A stretch of DNA of 60,526 nucleotides, counting the filler, from Platydemus manokwari (Eukaryota): the NCBI GenBank assembly GCA_037951405.1. It is 5 parts of 5 records of this genome, joined end to end, with 100 filler letters (N's around TTAATTAATTAA, not from the genome) between each part and the next. Parts side by side here need not be neighbours in the genome. Positions count along the whole stretch, not along the records: positions 49,395 to 60,526 come from JBBMOY010891089.1; 4 more parts are not named here. The stretch is one strand, 5' to 3'. Position 1 is the stretch's first letter; each line of letters opens with the position of its first letter. The notes under the pieces are model-generated. The model did not search any database, was not told where the DNA came from, and saw only the letters and a program-made list of their open reading frames with translations. Shown in pieces: positions 50,194 through 60,526 of the stretch. The position numbers and the translations under genes were made by a program.

Positions 50194-53100
50194 ACGTTTA
50201 TTGAAAACAATTCTATAGGATTGTATTATTTTTCAATACTGATTTTGATACGAAAGACATTTAAATATATTGTGGTTTTATATTGGATGATTTTATTTTT
50301 TTGAGGTTTAAGGTTGATTTCTACAGTTCAAGTTTGATTTTTTTAGCACAAAATTATTTGTTAAGAGTTGTGATTTGAAAATTCGAGGATTGCTTTTTGA
50401 CTTTTGTTGCAAAGATTTTAGAATAACTCACCACGATTCTAATTAATTTTGATGACATCAGAATTACTTATTTCAATGACTTGATAATTTATTATTCAGC
50501 TTTGGTCGTGACATGGGCTTTACATGATTCATATCATTATATAAGTTAGCATTACGTAATTCAAGATTAGTCATAATTTGGATTTATTATGCAGGTGTTT
50601 TATCGAATTACCGTGTAATATTATGAGTAATCAGTAAACAAACTAATTTATTATTAGTAAACCTGATAATCAGATTTTTAATCATTTGCAATGGTTACTG
50701 TTTCCATCTGGTTAAAATTCTGGATACAAATCGCCTAATATTTCAATTAATCGAGTGCTTAAGAATATATTGTTTAGCAAATAATTAAATTTGAGCTCAT
50801 ATATTAATGTTCGACGTATATTTACTGTAAAATTTTTGATATTGGAATCTAAAAATCAATTATAAAAGCATCAATTGGTCTTAAATAGATTTATGTAAAT
50901 ATTCCATTCATCAAATTACACGTTTAATAAAACAAATTTTAGTATCTACACCGGATGACGCACATTTGCTAATTGTTATTAATGATGAATGAGACCGATA
51001 AATATTTTTGTTAATAAACTTCATGTTTACGTAATATGGAACATTAAATGTTAGTAATTGTATATAAATTGTAATAAACACAATTATTGTGATGTCTTGA
51101 ATTTTAGTATTTATCGGTAAATATTGATACAAATTAAAAATAATAAGTTATCGACTAACAAACAGTAAATATATTGTTCTCTGAATGATGGACTAATCTT
51201 AGAAAATTATTTTGATGTGAGGTTAACACTTTCGACGATTAGGTTGCTAAAGGTTTATTTGATTTTGTAATAAATCCTAGCAGTATTTATTATTCATCAA
51301 TATTGGATAGGCTCACTTATAGGTGGATTTAAATCTCATACCATTTCGCTAACATTCACTATCAGTTAGTTATTAAAATATTTAATATGTCTATATTAAA
51401 TTAAGGATTGTGAACTATATATAGTTCATATGTTATTTATTATAGATATCAAGACAACCAATTTCCGTTTAGCTGAAGTCGTCAGTATCTTAGCGGTATA
51501 TCAGCGAAAAATTATTTATTTATCAATCTCAAATGCTAATATTTCATAAGAGTAATATTAATTTTATTAAAAAAATATATTTATATAACACACCGAATAA
51601 TTTGGTTTGAAAACTTTATCAAAATTAGTGACGAAATATATTGAAGTGGCAAACTCAAATTTGAATTACAATATTACTGATAACATTCATGCTAATTGAT
51701 TCCATATATATTTTGGCATAGAATGAATCCATTGATATTGGTATGTGAAATCTCTCCAAAAAAATACCGTTCAAAAGGTCACAGATAGCGAAACTATTTT
51801 GATTGTTTTATTATTATTACATTCGAATTGAGAAGTTTCAAGTGGTTTTAATGAATCGACAAAAATGGTAATTTATTATTTTGATGAATAAGAACATCAA
51901 CAAATAAAGGGGCGAGTGGGAAATAAAGAGAGTAACACTAGCACGGGAACGCCTTATGAAATGGGATTGATTGAATAGTGGTTGGTTTTTTGTAAACAAC
52001 CGTTGTCAAGGTGTGGATAAAAATAATAAAAATTAAACAAAAACATAAAATTTATTATTAATTTCATAAATTATATTTTCTGATTCGATGGTATTCATGT
52101 TGGCCTAACTGGCTAGGGCAATGAAAGGCACTGGATTCGCCAGACATCCACGAGATTTAATTAATGTTTTATATCGATTAAAATATGTTTCCGTGGGTTT
52201 GTAGGTTGACTTTGTAGTTGGGATTTTGAATAATAATTTTGATATACATTTAATACGAGTTTAATATTGTATGGAGAATTATAAATTTGATTTCACAGAG
52301 ATCAATGCGGTAGAATTGATTATTTTAAATGGATGATCATATCATTGTTGTCATTAATAGAATGTTATCAATGATACAATATTAGTTGAGATAATCTATT
52401 AAAATGAGTATTTTATATTTCTATCACATCTAATATGTGCATATTGGAGTGTTGTAGAATATCGATTCTACAGATTCATTAGATCTGTTGTTTCTAATCT
52501 ATTGTTAATGATAAACAGCTTGCTACATTGTTTCCTATAAATCTACAAAATGGGCGTTTCCTAGATGAATGTGAAATAAATGGGTATCTCTTAACAACCT
52601 ATAAATAGAAAATACATAATTTCATTACATGATGAATTCATCAGGTTGCTCTGACAACATTGGATAAAAAATGGTAAAATCAAAGCGTTATCAATTAGTA
52701 TTACTGATATTAATTCGCTTTACCAGAAGGAAAGATTTGAAAGCTAAACAGAACTGAAAAACAATAATTCTATCACAATATATGTATATATATATATTGA
52801 TTAAAGCAGACTCAAGATAAATTTTGTTTTAACAAACCACTTTAGTAAAATCTGAAAGTTTTATTTAAAGTAGAAAATTCCTGAACTAATCATGGACAGA
52901 ATTTGACTCGTCTGTGATGGTTGGTGGACGGAAATTGTCGATAGATTCTTAATACAAATTGATTGGATATCAAAGTCAATGAAATTAGACTCCTTTCATC
53001 AAATAATACTGTGTAGTAAATTATTGAAATTGCAGTTATCGACAAAATTGTTAAATAACTTGTGTTCTGCTTAATAATAACGAATAAAAACCATAGATCG

Positions 53101-54491
53101 AGTAATTTTTCGCATATGACGACTGGTGGTGTCCTTATCGACCAATAAAATGACCAACGAATATTTGGTAGACAGCTTATTTCTGCATTTTTATTATCAA
53201 CTCTAAATAATCTCGTCAACTATTGTTGTACATGTGAAATATAATCGAAATTTGAAAATCTATTAATAAAAATCTACAATAATTTTCCGGACAATAAGAC
53301 CGGCACACAAATCACCAACCATATTTCGTTCAAGAACCAGGTCCATACTTTGAATAATTTAAGTGGACGGTCGACACAAATCTAGTATGCGATTTAATAA
53401 CAATTGATGGTTTGAAATAAATACAATGAAATCTGTTTTGCAAAATATTTATCAAATTTTACTGTTGGTAAACTAGCTGAATAACAATTGATATTGTTCT
53501 CGATTTTCCTTTTGAATATATCAAATGATTTCTAATTCGTATCCAATGACAGCCAACACTTATTTATAACTTTTGTCGTGATTTTCAAACGATTATGAAA
53601 TTCGCAATTTAAAATGAAATATATCTTTCTATCAAATTATTATATGTTCCACATTGGAAAGGTAAAATCATCAAAACGTGCGATAAATTTCCAAAATATT
53701 TCATCAGAAAATTTTATAATATAAATTATAATTAAAATATTACTTCTATAAATTATTTCTCGTGTTATGAAAAGGTTTTTATTGCTATTGTGGAACTATG
53801 TGGATGGATTTAGTAATGTTGAAAGGTTGAATTTTAATGAAGCTGACTATTTTCTAATAAAACAACTTAAATAGCTGAACACTAANNNNNNNNNNNNNNN
53901 NNNNNNNNNNNNNNNNNNNNNNNNNNNNNNNNNNNNNNNNNNNNNNNNNNNNNNNNNNNNNNNNNNNNNNNNNNNNNNNNNNNNNNNNNNNNNNNNNNNN
54001 NNNNNNNNNNNNNNNNNNNNNNNNNNNNNNNNNNNNNNNNNNNNNNNNNNNNNNNNNNNNNNNNNNNNNNNNNNNNNNNNNNNNNNNNNNNNNNNNNNNN
54101 NNNNNNNNNNNNNNNNNNNNNNNNNNNNNNNNNNNNNNNNNGGTGATAATATCCTCTATCATATGGCCAGATTTCGGAAGTGGCATAAATTGCATGAGTC
54201 ACGAATTGATGAAGGCACACATACACAATTTGTATCTACCAACCGAATAGTGTACATTATCGAAACACCAATGGTTCATAGATGCAATGTCTAACGATGA
54301 TATCGATGGTACATTGTGCCAGATGGGAAATGCACACGTGCACACATACAAAATTCAATTACAGATAATGTCCCACAACAATTACGTTTCATTAGACAAT
54401 AAATTAGCCAATGAGATCGATCTGTTACGTATTGGAGTAACTGAAAGCTAAACCTAACAATTGCAATTTTCCAAATCAGAAATATCGTAAG

Positions 54492-56024
54492 ATGCTTTCG
54501 AATAAATTATTACGATTAAATTTGTTGTGGATTTTATTATTAACGGATTTCCATGTGGACTGTTGGTCAGCTAACATATCAATTAAGGAAGAATTCCAGC
54601 CCAATCAGGTCATAGGAAATATCAAAATGGCCCTCCGTGAAAAGGTAAAAGTATCTCGTTTACAGTTTACGTCTGATAGCGAATTCCTGCATGTCAAAGA
54701 CAATGGTGATGTCACATTGAAGAAAAAGATTGACCTTGAAACTCTTTGCCAAACGTCAAAGATCTGTTGTGGTCAATCAGTTTGTTATATCCAAACCAAT
54801 GTACTCGTAAGCGAAAACAATGACTTTCTGGGTTCTTTAAATTTGAATGTGAAAATCGACGATTTAAACGATAATGTTCCTCGCTTTCCAACAAATGAAC
54901 CCATAATAGCTTTAAGTGAATCGCTTCCCATAAATTCTTCTATTTCACTTGAGTCGGCCGTTGACAATGACTTTTCAATAGAAAATAGAATTTCTTATTA
55001 CAAACTTGAGGATTCGTCAAACAAATTTGAACTGGACTCATCGAAGTTTCCTCAGATTGGTTTAAGATTGAAATCCGGACTAGATTATGAGACAAGAAGG
55101 CAATATCCATTGGTATTGAAGGCCTGCGATAAGGATACGTGCACAGAGAAGAGTCTTACTATTGAGGTGAGAGACGAAAATGATAACAAACCTCAGTTCA
55201 GTCAGAAGTTATATCGCATTTCTATATTAGAGAATACTGAAACAGGAAGTTTGGTATTAACGGTAAATGCTTTCGATTCCGATTCAGGTGAACTTGGCCG
55301 AGTAACATATGGGATCGAAGCTCCTCTGGATCCCGATCTTTTACAGACTTTTGGTATTGATTCTCGATCAGGACAAATTCGATTGGAACGACGTTTGGCT
55401 ACAAACTTTCGTAAATTATATTCATTCCACGTTGTTGCTAGAGACAATGATAATAATAATCCTCAGAAAGATAAAGTTCCTGTGGAAATAAGCATTGTAG
55501 ATATCAATAACTATTATCCAACAATAACAGTATTAGCCAACAATGAACGAGTGGAAATCCGTGAGAATGCACCTGCAGGGAATCTGTGCACAATAAAGGT
55601 GACTGATAGTGATATCGGGATAAATTCCAAAGTATCTTGTCGGCTACTGCCGGATTCTTTAAGTGACTTTCAATTACTGAAAAAGTCAGAAAGCCTATAT
55701 TCGCTGGCTTCTATACGATCTTTCGATTTTGAAAGCGGCCAGATGAAAAGTGCAGGCATAAGCTGTAGCGATTCGGGTCAACCACCCAAGACAACCGATC
55801 GAGTTATATTGGTTCATATTACCGATGTCAACGAGTATGAGCCGACTTTCGTTCAGCCCATTTACGAAGTCAGTCTCAAAGAAAATTCAGCGACCAACAA
55901 AATATTTCTTCGAATAAATGCCACAGACAAAGATGGTGCCGCTCTGATTCGTTACAGCATCGATAAGAAAGGATCGAAATACTTCAAAATCGAACCCGTT
56001 TTGGGTTGGATTAAAACTACCAAT
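54492..56024 (+). CDS. Protocadherin, large first coding exon (signal peptide, about 4.5 cadherin repeats)
   Basis: Signal peptide; IDLETLC and Cys-rich EC1; DLNDNVPRF, LDYE, DENDNKPQF, AFDSDSG, DINNYYP and DVNEYEPTF. Donor AAT|GTAAGT at 56024/56025; no downstream exon recognised in the window. Confidence 0.93.
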
Positions 56025-57474
56025 GTAAGTTGTTTTAATTTGTAATTTTCCTCTATCGATTCCATAAAAACTGTGAAAATAATCGATAATCAATAAAATA
56101 ATCAATTCTCAAAACAATTTATTTATTTATATCGGACAAAATGTGGAATAAGAAAATATAAAATCAATACACGAAATAATTATCGAAGCGAGATTGATGA
56201 ATTAATTTTGTTTAAATCGGGTAGCCTTGAAATGTGATTGCTGCAGTCACAGAATCATTCATCATCCATCTGAGAAATGAATCAAACAACAGGAACGAAC
56301 ATACGAACGTTTAAGAATCCCTTATTAGTATGAACTAATTTGATTTACTAAAAAGTTTCCCCTAATTTTTCTAAGACTTTTTCTGTCGAACAATTTAATT
56401 TTCTCAGCTCTTTATTAATATGAATCTTTTCTGTCGACTTTCTCTCTTATTCAATTTCGTATGAGTCGTCCTTTATTCTGTTCCATTAAAGATTGTTTTC
56501 TTTATCGAGTAAGATTTTAATTAATGAGACTCACTTTTCAAAGGATAATTGAAAAAGATGATGATTTGGTAAAAGGAGAAAGGAGATTGTATTTAATTAC
56601 TTGAATCGAATCATGAATTGAACGCATGTGGCTGAAGAATGCCGAAACACGAGGATAAATATGTGATATTTGATATCTGTGTAATAGATTTTTCCTTTCA
56701 CAAGTTGCTGATCATATCAAAAAAATCGATCGGTATATTGGAGAATGTATCGATCGGTTACCACAAGATACGTTTTATCCATTACAGACTCAGTGAATTG
56801 GAATGTTGTGTTATGATTTGCCACTCCTGTTATCCAAGAACGAGCACCACGTAGACCACAAATATTCACGTCCATGCCTCTCTCGATTTTGTTTGGAAAT
56901 GCAAATACCGAATATCATTTTATATTTCGTGTGACAAGCAGAACAGATTGATTTCTTAAATACAATCCCCATTCATTTAGGAATGCCATTAGAATTTTCT
57001 TTCATTCAATCGACTGACTTACATGATATTCTTCTGAAAATATTATCTAATAAAATATCGATTTAAAATTTGATGGGGAAAAACATTAACCATTAATTCA
57101 ATAAATTTATTGATTTTATAAATTACATGTAATATTACAAAATGGATTTTCTGAAAATTCAATAAAAATTCAAGTAATCCAATCTCGTAATAGATTTTCA
57201 GAAAAATCGATTAACAAATTAATCAGAAAAAATTATCCTTAATCTTTGTCTGTGAAATCTGTGATGCAAACTTTTGCTGTATTCGTAATACATGTAAATG
57301 ACTATCGATTTTATTTCTTTCATTCTGGACAGGCTTTTTATTCATTTTCCGGTTCGAAGTACGCACGAATTTAGACGAATTTCTTTTTCATGTGTATAAT
57401 TTTCATACCGTATTAGCATTGATTTAATTGATTGATAACATGGTTTCATGGCCACATGAATCTGTCGAATAATC

Positions 57475-57475
<1 letters not shown>

Positions 57476-57521
<46 letters not shown>
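57476..57521. repeat. (ATA)n microsatellite
   Basis: About 15 tandem ATA units in the protocadherin intron. Confidence 0.95.
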
Positions 57522-60419
57522 TTTCATTATTATTCAATTGAATGAAAATCACTCTCCAATCATTGAAACACGCCCATTATCAAGTTTCAAGAATTTATTT
57601 AACGTATTTGCAAAAAATATTTGACTTTCCTTCAAGCAAAGAAAATAAATACGTAAACAATATTTTGTTTATCATTTCAATATATAATAACAAATATTAT
57701 CTATGGAATCAGATATTGTTTATTATTATTGGTAACTGATAGTGTTTTTGATGAATTTAATCCAGATAAGAGTTTTCAATATCGAAATACTTATTCCCAG
57801 TAAAAACTAATAACGATTGCTTGGAGAACCACTTGTGATAAACGAATTTATTGATATTGATATATGTTTGGTGATTAACCAATGTACTTTTATAAGATCT
57901 TATATTGCTTAGAAATGTTCATATTTAAATTGCCTTTTCTTTTAATTCGTGATTTTCTCACCTTTGATTTTTACAAAATATCATTTCCATAATTGTAATG
58001 GAGAGATTTAATTGTAGTGATTTATGGTTCAAAGTCATTGATATGAGACGCTTTTACGTGTTTAGGAATTCCATGATGTTTCACAACAGTTCATATATGC
58101 TTTTAATGAGTCTACGACAATAATAGATTTGATTTTAATGCACAACATTGATTTGTTTTGAGAATTATCATTCGAAACGTTTCATTTTTCGAAAACAATG
58201 TTGAGCGGGTAAATCATTCCACTCCAAAAATGAAATCTAACCTTCTAATAAGATAACCGTTTAATAATAACACGATTCTACAAATTGTTGGGCCGTTTTC
58301 AGGAACAAGACTTTCCGTACTGACAAAGTTTTACTTCTAGGGCAATTACTTTTGTGTTGCCAAGATACTAATGGGTTTAATGAATGGGGATTTTAGTTGG
58401 AAACGATTTTTTTCTGCTTGTCTTATTTGTTTATCATTAGCACATCACAAATAGTTTTTAATCCTCCCAATCTTAATTTACTAGTTTTTTTTGAATTATC
58501 TGGCTGCGATATAGCAAGTTACAGGCTTTGCTCATTTAAAAACCCGTAGAAGAAATTCGATGTTTTGAAATAACGAGAAAATGTAAAACATCATTTATAG
58601 AAATAAAGTTCCACTCGAATTTGTGACAAATAATTTCTTTTTAAAATTTAGATTTAAAATGAGCCTTTACTCAATTGATTTTCTAACGTTTTCGAAAACA
58701 TCCCTGCAATTTTTTTGATCGGTTTTCATTGGAGATCGAATCGATAATTGATAAACTTATATTTTAAAATGTTACTGCTTAGAATCGATCATATCATTTA
58801 ATTTTGAAGATTTTATTCTATGGTTGGAAAAATCTTTTCTCGCTACCACAGCAATGACACTTGTGAAAATTTAATTAAATATTGAAAAACGTAAAATAAG
58901 AAAACTAAATAAACGATACTCTTGAGGGATTTGTCAAACGAATTCAGATTTTCTGAAAAGCAAAAATGAAAAGTAATTTTGAAATCATCTGCTTCGCATA
59001 TAAAGCAATTTACTAAAAGGAACGATTTTCATTGTCGTTATACGATTTCAATCGGATTACAGTGGGGAAATATTTGAGGAATATATCTCGAAATGATTAG
59101 TAGACGTGAGTGGGTAATTTCGGCTTTATTTTTGGATGAAATTGATAAATTAGTTAAATTTTAATGAGGACGTTTAAATTGTTTTTCTGTCATTGATTGA
59201 TATCATCATGAAAACATAAGGAAATCGTTGAATTTTTTGTAATAAAGAAAATCAATAATTATGAATTCATTTCGATTGGTGATTGAAAATGATTTGTATC
59301 GATTTGAAAAAGAATAAAATCGGGCTGTTATAATTATGAAAAATAATTTTCGAAGCTGATTTGTCGGCATTAAAAAGTATATCGAGATCAGAAAGATTTA
59401 CGGACAAGTACTCTATTGATAGAAAAGTTTTATAATTCTTTCTACTCAACGCTATCTGAGAAGACTTCGTACCAATCGTTTAAAAATTCAGTGATTGGAC
59501 AATTCGACATCTACAATCATTCCACTGAAAATCACTACCAAATGAAACTTAGCCATTGGCTTTCCAGTGAGCATCGATTGCAATGACAGCCATGTCAAGG
59601 GTATCACTGGAAGAATTAAACTATTACGGTTTCAAACTCAAAATCTAATGACGGAATCTATTAACAACTTGAAATTATAATTCGAAATAACAATGGTCAC
59701 GATCTGAGATATTTTTCAAAACCAGGAATAATTATGAAAGCATGGAATATCTGAGCAATCAATATAAATTTATCGGCATAATTGACTCGATGAAAAACGT
59801 TTTAGTTGAATATTAGTAAAATAACCTTTGTAAAAAAATTTTGTTGATAAAACCGAGAAATTCTTCAAGTAAAGAATGTCGGAATGAGCTGACTTTTAAA
59901 AAATGAGAAAAGATTGATGAATAAAGTTCATAAATGAAAAATTTCACCTAAAAGTGCAAAATTATTATTTAGTTTATCCAAAATATTGATAATATCGCGA
60001 ATGCATTCATTGTTATTGTTGGCTGCCAAAATTTCTTCATTCTTCATATTCGGATCAAAGGTCATGTTTACAACAGAACAAGAATCCATTCGTCAACACA
60101 TCGATTTTTAAACCAATTTTAAATATTAATTTTAAAGTTTATTTCCATCTGATTTGTCTTCATCTTTAATTTTAAGAAAATGCCCACATCTTTATGTTAC
60201 ATCTTATTTTATTTGAAAAGATTTAAATTTTACTTTTATTAATTTAAATAATTTTAATAATTTTAAAACTGAGCTAATAATAGTATTTTTTTAAGCAAGA
60301 TAGATCCTTTTATAAATATCAATATGGTATATTTATTTTTAATATTATTTATTTTTAAAATATTTTTTAACTCAATTGTTTATAATTCTAATCTTATGAA
60401 AATTTTAATTATTTATCTT

Positions 60420-60526
60420 ATATTTTTACTTTATCAATATTTCTTTATTGATATTACTTTATCGATATTTCTTTATTGATATTTTTTTATCGATATTACT
60501 TTATCGATATTACTTTATTGATATTA
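60420..60526. repeat. 14-bp minisatellite (TTTATYGATATTWC)n
   Basis: About 7 tandem units running to the window end. Confidence 0.85.

Noticed and set aside
52890-53219. 109-aa minus-strand ORF upstream of the protocadherin
   Set aside because: Non-ATG start and no recognisable domain or splice chain; probably non-coding.
53854-54226. ORFs of 113-114 aa
   Set aside because: They consist mostly of N-gap translation.
54712-55491. Antisense and alternate-frame ORFs in the protocadherin exon (likewise 33590-34340 over the SR gene)
   Set aside because: Shadow ORFs of real coding exons, with no independent motifs.
57342-57527. Poly-Ile ORF
   Set aside because: Translation of the (ATA)n microsatellite.
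60420-60526. Regular repeats resembling a CRISPR array
   Set aside because: Head-to-tail 14-bp units without unique spacers, in a eukaryotic intron; it is a minisatellite.

Overview
AT-rich eukaryotic genomic DNA with many ~37-45 nt GT-AG introns; gene content and style suggest a flatworm, probably a planarian (inference). It is a scaffold with five N-gaps, four containing an artificial TTAATTAATTAA spacer. Host genes I can reconstruct: a divergent CLK/LAMMER-type kinase (- strand, partial), an orphan multi-exon gene (-), a presenilin-like gene (+), DDX20/Gemin3 (-), an SRSF4/5/6 (B52)-type SR protein (-), an intronless profilin (+) and the large first exon of a protocadherin (+). The rest is mostly decayed mobile DNA: pogo, Tigger, mariner and hAT derivatives, two Gypsy remnants, LINE fragments, and a ~5 kb fossil Polinton/Maverick (adintovirus-like) element with major capsid, core protein, penton, adenain protease and the N-terminal part of pPolB. 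The most striking observation is the presenilin-like gene, which the ORF track splits into unrecognisable pieces. It keeps the TM6 aspartate, but the TM7 GxGD motif reads PVSN and the PAL motif reads PNQ, so it looks like a catalytically dead gamma-secretase subunit. Its stop codon is 9 nt from the convergent DDX20 stop. All homology calls are by eye; no searches were run.
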